From NCBI RefSeq assembly GCF_018336915.1, contig NZ_CP064923.1, forward strand, positions 3,900,001-3,932,000: a stretch of DNA of 32,000 bases. The letters run 5' to 3'. Position numbers and translations under genes: made by a program. The stretch is from Acaryochloris marina S15 (lineage in GTDB: Bacteria; Cyanobacteriota; Cyanobacteriia; Thermosynechococcales; Thermosynechococcaceae). Shown piece after piece: positions 15,070-23,459 of the stretch (its first letter is position 1; every line of letters begins with the position of its first letter). The notes beneath the pieces are model-generated. The model searched no databases and was not told the DNA's origin. It was given only the letters and a program-made list of their open reading frames with translations.

Positions 15070-15945
15070 ATGTATCTAGTCCGTATTGGCAAAGTCCTCA
15101 CTCAAAAAGGACTGATTAGTGACTTCCAATTACAACAAGCCCTCCAAATCCAAACACAGACTGGACAAAAGCTAGGGGAAATACTGATTCAGCAAGGTCA
15201 TATTTCTCAATTTCAGTTGAAGCAAGTTCTAGTTGAGCAACGGTGTCGGAATTTACTAGCTTGTTCTCTACTAACCCTCAGTACCCTTGGACCCACTTTC
15301 TCTATCACACCTCCTCAATCTGCCCGTTCCCAATCTGCTGAAAACCGGAAGGTTCTGCGTGTGGAATCTGAATCTTATGTTGGTGGTCCCCTAAGCTCTA
15401 CTTCCCAAGTGTCCCAGTCAGGTCCACAGGCTCTTACTATTGCAGCTAGTCATACCCCAACAATTGCCTCTCCCTTGCAAGGATTTTGCCACCCTCTTGA
15501 TGGAAGAGGATATCTGTCTCAAGGAATTCGTGGCAAAACTCATCAAAATCGAATGGAATATGCCTACGATATTGCCAGTTCAATTGGTACCCCTGTTTAT
15601 GCGATGCGGGCAGGGCGGATAATCAGATTACAAGACAAATATCCAGATACAGGAGGGACTCGAGCGAATGCCTCCAAGTTTAACTATGTTTGGATTGAAC
15701 ATGAACATGGCTATCGCTCGGCATATGCCCACTTACAGCAAGGTTTCCGACAACGGGTTCAACTTAAAGCTGGGGACTGGGTCAAAGCAGGACAGCTTAT
15801 TGGGTACAGCGGAAATTCGGGATGGTCTTCAGGTCCGCATTTACATGTTGAAGTGCAAAGTCAAGGCAATCGAGCAAGATTTTCTCAAACCGTTCCATTT
15901 CAGATTTCAGGTTCTTGCAGCACATTAGCTCGTAAAGCTAGCTAA
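15070..15945 (+). CDS. M23-family peptidase with an N-terminal tandem MshEN/T2SSE_N-type motif and a central hydrophobic segment
   Basis: N-terminus is RIGKVLTQKGLISDFQLQQALQIQ-TQTGQ-KLGEILIQQGHISQFQLKQVLVEQ. Then LLACSLLTLSTLGPTFSI. C-terminus is M23: YDIASSIGTPVYAMRAGRI, IEHEHGYRSAYAHL, GYSGNSGWSSGPHLHVEV. I prefer the ATG at 15070 (MYLVRIGK...) over the tracked GTG at 14998. Confidence 0.8.
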   Translation: MYLVRIGKVLTQKGLISDFQLQQALQIQTQTGQKLGEILIQQGHISQFQLKQVLVEQRCRNLLACSLLTLSTLGPTFSITPPQSARSQSAENRKVLRVESESYVGGPLSSTSQVSQSGPQALTIAASHTPTIASPLQGFCHPLDGRGYLSQGIRGKTHQNRMEYAYDIASSIGTPVYAMRAGRIIRLQDKYPDTGGTRANASKFNYVWIEHEHGYRSAYAHLQQGFRQRVQLKAGDWVKAGQLIGYSGNSGWSSGPHLHVEVQSQGNRARFSQTVPFQISGSCSTLARKAS

Positions 15946-16195
15946 TTTATCACTCTCTACTAAGTTATTTGAATTTAGGCTCATGTATTTTAAATCTCCA
16001 GATTGCAAGAAGTTAGGTATTTTCAATCTTGGTAGAATTTAATAGCAGCAAATTAACGGATTGAAGCAACCTTTCAATATCCTCATTGTTACTTTTTTGA
16101 GTTTTCTTTGTTACTTTTGTGCAATTTCTTTGCTATATCTGTTCACTTTTTAAAAACTTGAGATAGAATGCTCGCAAGGTTTTGAGGATAACTCA

Positions 16196-16471
16196 ATGAA
16201 TAAAGGCGAATTAGTAGATGCTATTGCTGATAAAACAGGAGTAACTAAGAAGCAAGCTGACGTTACGCTGAGTGCTGCAGTTGATGTCATCATCGATGCT
16301 GTTAGCCATGGCGATAAAGTTACTTTAGTCGGATTTGGTAGTTTCGAGCCGCGAGATCGTAAAGCCAGAAATGGTCGTAATCCACAAACTGGCAAGAAGC
16401 TAAAAATCCCTGCGACCAGAGTTCCTGCCTTTAGTGCTGGAAAATTGTTTAAAGATAAAGTTGCCCCCTAA
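16196..16471 (+). CDS. hupB: DNA-binding protein HU
   Basis: MNKGELVDAIADKTGVTKKQADVTLSAAVDVIIDAV..GDKVTLVGFGSFEPRDRKARNGRNPQTGKKLKIPATRVPAFSAGKLFKDKV is the canonical HU sequence. GAGGA Shine-Dalgarno upstream. Confidence 0.95.
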   Translation: MNKGELVDAIADKTGVTKKQADVTLSAAVDVIIDAVSHGDKVTLVGFGSFEPRDRKARNGRNPQTGKKLKIPATRVPAFSAGKLFKDKVAP

Positions 16472-16898
16472 ATTGGTCAGATCCTATAGTTAAAGAGCTG
16501 ACTGATAGCAGTTCCAAAGTATAGTTTGTGTTCTGTTTGGATTGAAGTCTTTAAATTGATTTGCTCACATTTTCTGTTGGGCAAATATGCGATCGGCATT
16601 AAACTTCAAGGTGCTCTCGATCACTCCTTTTACACTCTTTTTGTATAAACTTTCTTCAAGTTTGGCTGAGCATTCTGCTAAATTTTCTAGTGGCTAAAAT
16701 TTAATTATTCTATCTACGACTTGAACTTTCTGATTAGAACTTGCAATCAGTGCTAGCCCCTAACTAGTCAAGCATTAAACCTTATTTAGTGTAATTCTGT
16801 CTTACTGTTTTTCAAAGCTTAATTACAGGACAAGCTCTTTGAAACTCTTACTGAACAAAAGTCTACAAATATAATCTTGAAATACTTGCTGTGCAAAA

Positions 16899-16926
16899 GC
16901 TTCAAGCTAATTCCCTAGCTTGAAGC
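16899..16926 (-). terminator. Candidate terminator for the minus strand (cdsA side)
   Basis: Perfect 10-bp stem GCTTCAAGCT / AGCTTGAAGC with an 8-nt loop. On the minus strand it is followed by UUUUG (A-run 16895-16898). Confidence 0.5.
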
Positions 16927-16941
16927 AGAGTAATTAGCTCC

Positions 16942-16988
16942 AGGACAGACTGGCTTCCCTTAATTAAGGGAAGCCAGTCTGTCCTTTT
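16942..16988 (+). terminator. Candidate terminator for the plus strand (hupB side); 18-bp perfect hairpin
   Basis: AGGACAGACTGGCTTCCC-TTAATTAA-GGGAAGCCAGTCTGTCCT followed by TTT. Confidence 0.6.
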
Positions 16989-17243
16989 GGATTGCCGATG
17001 GAGTTTTATATTGGTCGGAGAAAGCTGTGCACTAGTAGTTTGCCTGACCCAAAATGGTATACCGACCATCCTTCACTTCAAGCGGAACAGCCACGGTTTT
17101 CTATACGATTCAATGTACGCCCTAAGGTTTGTCAAGAATAGTGCAGACATTATTTGAATAAAACTTAAATCCAGCTGGCCATCAACTAAATTATTTTCGA
17201 TTACGGCTGGCTAGGGTTCTACAAAACACAAAAAGCTCCCGAA

Positions 17244-18116
17244 TTATATGGCTTCTATGAGGGGGAGTAATAGGGTGATGAAATAGTAAACCAATGGAGC
17301 AGTGAATACATAACTGTCAGCGCGATCTAAAATACCCCCGTGGCCAGGGATAAGTTGTCCGGAGTCTTTTACTCCTGCGTCTCGCTTCATCATGGATTCT
17401 GTCAGGTCTCCCAATAAGCTTGCAACACCAATTAACAATCCCAATGCTGCTCCAAGGAAAAGCCAAAATGGCCAAATAAAGGTATTAGCACCAATGATGG
17501 CGACAGTCAGGCTGCCTAAAACTCCAAAGACTGCCCCTTCTACCGTTTTCTTGGGACTAATATCTGATAATCGGGTTTTCCCGAATAGCCGACCAAATGT
17601 ATAGGCACCAATATCTGCAGCCCAAATACAACCAAAGGCAAGCAGGGTAATTGTCAATCCCACAGGAAGTAGATTGATATTTGACCATTGTTCTGGCCAA
17701 TATCCCCATAAGGGTAAGTTACTAGCTTCTGCCGTGCCCAATGATCGTAATCTAATCCAAAAACTGGGTAGGTACCCCCCATAAAAGAGGCCCAGAATTG
17801 AGCTGGAAATATCGGAAATAGTAGCTAACTTCGGCTGGAATAACAGATAAAAACAGATGAAGGTTCCCGCAACAGGTAAGACAGCATCAGCTAGCATCCC
17901 GTTAATGGTGGCGGTGATCAGCAGCAACTGACTGACAATCATTGTGGTTTTGCCTGCTGGCCGATTCCCTTTAGCCCGAACTAAGTCAAAATACTCATCT
18001 TGAGCCAGATATACAAGGATGCAAAATCCCAGGGTAAAGTACCATCCACCCAATAAAATCATGCCCAACGCTAGAACGATGGCAATCAGTCCACTAATGA
18101 TACGAGCCCAAGGCAT
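17244..18116 (-). CDS. cdsA: Phosphatidate cytidylyltransferase (CDP-diglyceride synthase)
   Basis: Polytopic membrane protein ending in SPKKTVEGAVFG...DLTESMMKRDAGVKDSGQLIPGHGGILDRADS, the CdsA signature. Confidence 0.9.
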   Translation of the reverse strand: MPWARIISGLIAIVLALGMILLGGWYFTLGFCILVYLAQDEYFDLVRAKGNRPAGKTTMIVSQLLLITATINGMLADAVLPVAGTFICFYLLFQPKLATISDISSSILGLFYGGYLPSFWIRLRSLGTAEASNLPLWGYWPEQWSNINLLPVGLTITLLAFGCIWAADIGAYTFGRLFGKTRLSDISPKKTVEGAVFGVLGSLTVAIIGANTFIWPFWLFLGAALGLLIGVASLLGDLTESMMKRDAGVKDSGQLIPGHGGILDRADSYVFTAPLVYYFITLLLPLIEAI

Positions 18117-18394
18117 ATATGCAGATTATTACTTCCCTCAGGGGTATTATCCTACGCCGATGTCTTTCTCCGCAGATAGTTAAGCTGAGAGGAGATGCAT
18201 AGAGGATAGCAAAAAGCATTCGATCTGGCGATATCCCAAAAAAAAAGAGTATTCTGAGGAACAGCTCTTTTCCTTATTCCCGCTATGTGAATTGTGGTCA
18301 TCTGATGTTTATCGATGCACTCAATAACAGCTTTGAGATCTGAGTGTGGGGTGATATCTGCGGAACAGTTGAATCGTTATGCTCCAAGTAAACA

Positions 18395-18721
18395 ATGCGT
18401 CCCAACATAACAACCATACAACCGAATAATATTTTGGATGGAGTCACCGGTACGGTCTTTCGTCAAGAAGTGACAGCTGCAATTGAGGCAGGTGCCGATA
18501 TTGTTTTGGTGGATTGTCAAGATATTTCATTTATGGACAGCTCTGGTCTAGGTGCTTTGGTTCTTGCCCTAAAATTTATTCGGGCAGCCGAACGCAAGCT
18601 TGTGCTTTGTTCACTCAATCAGCAGGTTAAGACACTTTTTCAGCTCACTGACATTGCTCAAGTGTTTCAGATCTACGAGAATCGGCAACACTTTGAACAA
18701 AGTGGTCTGCTAGATTCTTGA
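18395..18721 (+). CDS. STAS-domain anti-sigma-factor antagonist (SpoIIAA/RsbV-like)
   Basis: IVLVDCQDISFMDSSGLGALVLALKFIRAAERKLVLCSLNQQVKTLFQLTDIAQVFQIY, with the conserved phosphorylatable Ser in DSSGLG. Confidence 0.85.
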   Translation: MRPNITTIQPNNILDGVTGTVFRQEVTAAIEAGADIVLVDCQDISFMDSSGLGALVLALKFIRAAERKLVLCSLNQQVKTLFQLTDIAQVFQIYENRQHFEQSGLLDS

Positions 18722-18749
18722 AATCCTGTTTTTTCTAGAGTGGTGGTAC

Positions 18750-19877
18750 TCAAGGAAAGACAACTTGCATCAAGGCTAAGTCATCGGTAAAGTGCTGATG
18801 CTCACAGCATTCTTGTACTTGGTCCAAAATGGTTTCGATGGTGGGGGCTCCTGTTTGATGAAGCTGTTGGAGCAACTGGGAAAATCCTTCTAGCCCCAGC
18901 AGTTGATGGTTAGTATTAGGACTTTCGTAAATCCCATCACTAAAGATGTAGAGCGTTTGATGTGGCGTGATGTTACAGCTCTGACTTTGGTAGGTGAATT
19001 CTGCAAACATTCCTAAGGGAAGTCCAGGTGTTTTTAAGGGTTGTACCCCTGGTTCTAGGGCTGACATTAATAGGGCTGGAGGATGACCGGCACTAGCATA
19101 TACCAACTCCTGGCGTGAGTGATGATACACCCCATACCAAATGGTGAGGTATTTGGGGTTTTCGGGACTCATGGTGAATCGTTGATTGAGAGCATGCAAC
19201 ACTTCATGGGGGTGCTGGTAGTTGATGCCTGGGAATGCTTGCGATCGCAACATATTTAAGATCGATACCGAAGGTAAGGCTGCCCCTAAACCATGCCCCG
19301 ATACGTCTAAGAGATACAAAATTAAAATATCTGGGGTTAACCAATAGTAATCAAAGCAATCCCCACCTAATTGACTAGACGGAATAAACCGAGACTGGAT
19401 TTGAATCGGCAATTGTAATGGTGCAGGCAAAATTGAGCGAACATATTGGGCAGCCTCTGCCAACTCTGCTTCCAGCTTTTGTGTTTGCTCTTGTAAGTCC
19501 TGGTTTAAGTGATAGAGCCTTAGTCCTGCTCGCACACGAGCCTGCAGTTCACTCATGTCAATGGGTTTGGTTAAAAATTCGTCGGCACCCGCATTAAGTC
19601 CGGCAATTCGATCCTCTAGGTCAGACCGAGACGTTAGCAAAATAAAAAAGGTGGCGGAAAGTTTAGGATTCGATTTTAACTGCTGACAAACGCCAATCCC
19701 ATCTAATAGAGGCATCATCCAATCGCAAATGATTAAGGCTGGGCAGAGTTGCTGTGCCTTTGAGAGCCCTTCTTGACCATTACTGGCGATGGTAACCTGA
19801 TACCCTTGTTTCTCGAGTGTACGGCGTAAAAGGAGCTGTGTAATGGGATCATCATCGATGATCAGAATTTTCACCAT
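18750..19877 (-). CDS. Response-regulator receiver fused to a PP2C/SpoIIE-type phosphatase (RsbU-like)
   Basis: REC domain: MVKILIIDDDPITQ...LIICDWMMPLLDG...LLTSRSD...FLTKP. A coiled-coil linker follows. PP2C domain: GGDCFDYYWL, LLDVSGHGLGAA, ASAGHPP, IFSDGIYE, DDLALMQV. Confidence 0.88.
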   Translation of the reverse strand: MVKILIIDDDPITQLLLRRTLEKQGYQVTIASNGQEGLSKAQQLCPALIICDWMMPLLDGIGVCQQLKSNPKLSATFFILLTSRSDLEDRIAGLNAGADEFLTKPIDMSELQARVRAGLRLYHLNQDLQEQTQKLEAELAEAAQYVRSILPAPLQLPIQIQSRFIPSSQLGGDCFDYYWLTPDILILYLLDVSGHGLGAALPSVSILNMLRSQAFPGINYQHPHEVLHALNQRFTMSPENPKYLTIWYGVYHHSRQELVYASAGHPPALLMSALEPGVQPLKTPGLPLGMFAEFTYQSQSCNITPHQTLYIFSDGIYESPNTNHQLLGLEGFSQLLQQLHQTGAPTIETILDQVQECCEHQHFTDDLALMQVVFP

Positions 19878-20109
19878 AGATGTTTAACACGGCCATATTC
19901 GAGTATCTATTGTGAATTCATTCGCCAGGGCGAACGCTAATCCACACTGCTCAAGTTTAGCAAGGAGATAATCTCTGCCTAGAAAGCTAATTTTTGGGGA
20001 ATGAGTTCCCTATAATTAATTTAAAGACGCCTGGTTGAATAACAACACCTTTTCTCATGCCAATGGCCTTGGACCCATGCAGTTGGAGGGACTGATCTCC
20101 TCATAGCAG

Positions 20110-20544
20110 ATGCCAAAGCATTATCATCTCAGTGTTAATTCTGACCTCAATAACCTGACTCAAGTTCTTGACTGGTTTCAGCAGCTGCACCCTACTCGAG
20201 TGGCAGAACAGGAGTGGCTGGAATGCCAGATAGCCCTGGCAGAAGGATTTACAAATGCGGTTAGCCATGCCCATCAAGCACTACCACCCAATACCCCCAT
20301 CCAGTTAGAGCTGGGGATTGAGCTAGATCATGTGGAGATTCGTATTTGGGACCAGGGTCCTATCTTCGACCTACGTCAATATTTACAGCATCACCCTACT
20401 TTCCCTAGCCAAGATATGGGCGGTGGTCGCGGGTTGCTGCTGATCAATCGGATTGCTGATAACGTTCAATATCGAAGAATAGACAATTGCCAGAACTGTC
20501 TTTCTATCGTTAAATACCTGTCTTTGAATGAGCCTATCCACTGA
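20110..20544 (+). CDS. Anti-sigma regulatory factor, serine protein kinase (RsbW/SpoIIAB-like HATPase)
   Basis: N-box LAEGFTNAVSHAH, G1 IRIWDQGPIFD, G2 GGGRGLLLINRIADNVQY. 144 aa. Confidence 0.8.
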   Translation: MPKHYHLSVNSDLNNLTQVLDWFQQLHPTRVAEQEWLECQIALAEGFTNAVSHAHQALPPNTPIQLELGIELDHVEIRIWDQGPIFDLRQYLQHHPTFPSQDMGGGRGLLLINRIADNVQYRRIDNCQNCLSIVKYLSLNEPIH

Positions 20545-21340
20545 GGATGTAAAGCCTTGGATCGCTTTGAGCATCGGTAACTCCCGATTGCACTGGTTTT
20601 ATTATGAAGGGTGGCACCTCGCTCAAACCTGGGACACCTGCCATATTGATGTAGCCCAACAAAGATTTCCTGCCACCTGGGAGGAGTGGCAGGCTTATTC
20701 TCCTGCTTTCGCCTACTCCTCTGCTGCAAGTATGCCTGCTCTGTGGATTATCTCTGTTGTTCCGTCTCAAACCCTTTTTTGGCAGACTTATCCTCGCTCC
20801 ACAGCCATTACTGCTGCTGATATTCCGATTCAGCTTCCTTATGCAACCTTTGGACTGGATCGAGCGCTTTCAATCTGGGCTGCTGGCATGTTGTATCAAT
20901 GGCCCATCTTAGTGATTGATGCCGGTACCGCACTCACCTATACGGGTGCTCTTGCCTCTACAGATTGCTTAGGTGGGGCGATTTTGCCAGGCTTGGGATT
21001 GCAACTGCGATCGCTCTCACAATCCACTGCAGAATTACCAACTATTGACTTACCCCAAAACCTTCCCAATCGATGGTCACTGACGACCAACTTAGCGATC
21101 CAGAGCGGTATTTTGCATACTTTAATCTCTGGCATGATCGACTTTATCGCAGCCTGGTTAAAGCAATATCCCACCAGTCAGATTGTGCTAACGGGGGGAG
21201 ATGCCGAGACGTTATATCGCTATCTATCGCAAGCTTCTCAATCTAGAGCAGATCCAAAGCTATTAGACCGAATTATCTTACAGCCACTGCTCCAGGGAAT
21301 AGGGCTCTTACACTTACATCAACAGCAAGACGATCGGTAG
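20528..21340 (+). CDS. coaX: Type III pantothenate kinase
   Basis: WIALSIGNSRLHW, LVIDAGTALTYTG, GGAILPGLGLQLRSLSQSTAELP, LTGGDAE are the CoaX/Baf motifs. The ATG overlaps the preceding kinase gene by 17 nt. Confidence 0.85.
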   Translation: MSLSTEDVKPWIALSIGNSRLHWFYYEGWHLAQTWDTCHIDVAQQRFPATWEEWQAYSPAFAYSSAASMPALWIISVVPSQTLFWQTYPRSTAITAADIPIQLPYATFGLDRALSIWAAGMLYQWPILVIDAGTALTYTGALASTDCLGGAILPGLGLQLRSLSQSTAELPTIDLPQNLPNRWSLTTNLAIQSGILHTLISGMIDFIAAWLKQYPTSQIVLTGGDAETLYRYLSQASQSRADPKLLDRIILQPLLQGIGLLHLHQQQDDR

Positions 21341-21350
21341 TTTCTCCGAG

Positions 21351-21812
21351 CTAGCGAATCACTAGTTCACCTTGGAAGTAGTCTTGCAACTGTTGGTTAT
21401 GGTCATGACTTAGGGACATACTCAGGGCCTCATCTAGGGAAAACGATTTCACCTCAGATATTTCATTGATATCGTTCACTTGCAATTGGCCTTCAACCTT
21501 AATTTCAAAAGCTAAACAAATGGAATGTAATCGTGGATCACGATCGGGTGCTGAGTATACCCCCACAAATCGTCCCATTTTTGTTAGCAATAAACCCGTT
21601 TCTTCATGGAGTTCTCGTTTGATACTTTGCTGAATATTTTCACCCCAATCCACCATGCCGCCCGGTAAACTCCATTGACCATTATCCCGACGTTTAACTA
21701 ATACGATTTGCCCATCCTCAAGGATCGGCATTAAACACACCCCCAGTAAAGGGTGTCGAAAAAGAAGGCCCAGAAACGTCTGAACCATATATGCGAAACG
21801 TTTCATAGTCAA
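21351..21812 (-). CDS. NUDIX hydrolase
   Basis: Nudix box GGMVDWGENIQQSIKRELHEETGL (G x5 E x7 REUXEEXGU). Confidence 0.85.
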   Translation of the reverse strand: MTMKRFAYMVQTFLGLLFRHPLLGVCLMPILEDGQIVLVKRRDNGQWSLPGGMVDWGENIQQSIKRELHEETGLLLTKMGRFVGVYSAPDRDPRLHSICLAFEIKVEGQLQVNDINEISEVKSFSLDEALSMSLSHDHNQQLQDYFQGELVIR

Positions 21813-21992
21813 AAATACAGAGGTAAGCTAGATCACATGGTGAGGTGTATTCGCATCAATCGATAGACTAAGAAGCCTCTTAAGATATCAAAGCAAACCT
21901 AGAAAATTATGCATTAATCTGTTGTGCAAGACCCAAATTTTAGATATTGAAAATTACGCTTTTAATGATTGCGAGCTTAATATCAGCACTCA

Positions 21993-22463
21993 CTATTTCC
22001 TCAATAATTCTAAAGCCTGCAACATATCTGTGGCGTGATCGGCGGCCTTGACCTTTCGATAAATCTTCGCTAGCTTCCCTTCAGAATCAATCAGAAAAGT
22101 ATGTCGATAGAACCCTTCATATTCTTTGCCCATAAACTTTTTAGGGCCATAGGCTTCATAGGATTTTGCCACATTTAGATCGAGATCGGAGAGTAATTGG
22201 AATGGCAAATCTTGCTTATTAATGAATTTCTGGTGAGACTTGGCATCATCTCCGCTTACCCCCAGGATAACAACCTGCTCGGTTTGATAGGTCTCATACT
22301 GGTCACGAAACCCGCAGGCTTCTTTGGTACAGCCAGGAGTATTGTCTCGAGGATAAAAATAAAGAACCACCCATTGTCCTCGAAAACTTTTAAGGACAAT
22401 GGAGTCCCCATCTGCATTGGGTAAAGTGAATTCAGGTGCGTAATCGCCAATTGCCAATGTCAT
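21993..22463 (-). CDS. bcp: Thioredoxin-dependent peroxiredoxin, BCP/PrxQ type
   Basis: MTLAIGDYAPEFTLPNADGDSIVLKSFRGQWVVLYFYPRDNTPGCTKEACGFRD with the peroxidatic Cys in TPGCT. I prefer the start at internal Met 13 (22463) over the tracked 22499. Confidence 0.88.
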   Translation of the reverse strand: MTLAIGDYAPEFTLPNADGDSIVLKSFRGQWVVLYFYPRDNTPGCTKEACGFRDQYETYQTEQVVILGVSGDDAKSHQKFINKQDLPFQLLSDLDLNVAKSYEAYGPKKFMGKEYEGFYRHTFLIDSEGKLAKIYRKVKAADHATDMLQALELLRK

Positions 22464-22707
22464 AATCTTCTGAGAATAATAGAGGACATAGAGAAACATT
22501 CGGTATCAAGGCTGAAACCAGATTGCTGCTGGACTGCAGTTGCGCCTCGTCAATCCCTGTTCTCTCTAGAATTATGCATTAAGACGAATGGGCAATGGGC
22601 TCTTCGAGGATCAGCCCATCATCTTGCTAGGCATCCTAACTTACTGGGACACAGCACGTTCAAGACAGCGGTACGATAAAGGTATAAGTCTCCGGTGATA
22701 CTCAGTC

Positions 22708-22872
22708 ATGACCTTCTTTCGCCAAAATATTGCTCCTTTCTTGATTGTTTTAATTTTTGTCGTCGCTTTGGTGGCTGTCAGCGCCAGAATTTTCTTGCCA
22801 GATGATATGGCACAACCCGCTCCAGTAGAAGAGGGCGTAAGCTGGGCACCCGCAATGATGATTGATGGCTAA
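22708..22872 (+). CDS. Small single-TM hypothetical protein (54 aa), not in the ORF track
   Basis: My translation: MTFFRQNIAPFLIVLIFVVALVAVSARIFLPDDMAQPAPVEEGVSWAPAMMIDG. It has one clear TM helix and lies in an otherwise empty 440-bp gap. Confidence 0.4.
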   Translation: MTFFRQNIAPFLIVLIFVVALVAVSARIFLPDDMAQPAPVEEGVSWAPAMMIDG

Positions 22873-22937
22873 ACAGGCCTTTGAGAGGATTCTAGGTCCG
22901 TTTGCCCTGGCTTTTGTTCTATCGTTCAGGATAAATC

Positions 22938-23411
22938 TTGGATAAAAACTTTGTTCCGGGGTTTAACGCACGCTTAGGGACGAGGGGTGAGCAGTATTTA
23001 TTACTGCAATTCATGCAACGGACCTACAAAGAACTCCACCCTGGGCATGATTATCAACATCTTCGGGCCGTTATTGATCAATATTGGTCTACCGATACCC
23101 CTTACTGGCTGGTCACCCCTGAGAATGAGGCCCATCGATTTGTGGCCTGTTTGTGGCTAGGAACGGCGGTTGATCAAGTCACGGGAGACGCTTATACCCA
23201 TATTTTTATTCTTTTTGTGGATCCAGCACATCGCCAGCAAGGTCTTGGGACCGCCTTATTACAGAGGGCTGAAGCATGGGCTGCTCAGCAAGGGGATCAG
23301 CAAATTGGTTTGCAGGTGTTTACCAATGCCCATCCCGCATTATCGCTGTATGAAAAGCTAGGGTATCAGCCTAAGGCGGTTTTGTTGGTCAAGCCCATTC
23401 AAACGCAATAA
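22938..23411 (+). CDS. GNAT-family N-acetyltransferase
   Basis: Acetyl-CoA-binding motif A: FVDPAHRQQGLGTALLQRAEAWAAQQG, then LYEKLGYQ. TTG start with AGGA 6 nt upstream; the start is uncertain. Confidence 0.75.
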   Translation: MDKNFVPGFNARLGTRGEQYLLLQFMQRTYKELHPGHDYQHLRAVIDQYWSTDTPYWLVTPENEAHRFVACLWLGTAVDQVTGDAYTHIFILFVDPAHRQQGLGTALLQRAEAWAAQQGDQQIGLQVFTNAHPALSLYEKLGYQPKAVLLVKPIQTQ

Positions 23412-23459
23412 AGTAATCGGTAGGTCCTAGCAAAGTTTTCCCTTAACCATGAATTGGCA

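Noticed and set aside
16150-16395. 81-aa minus-strand ORF
   Set aside because: It is fully antisense to the unmistakable HU gene.
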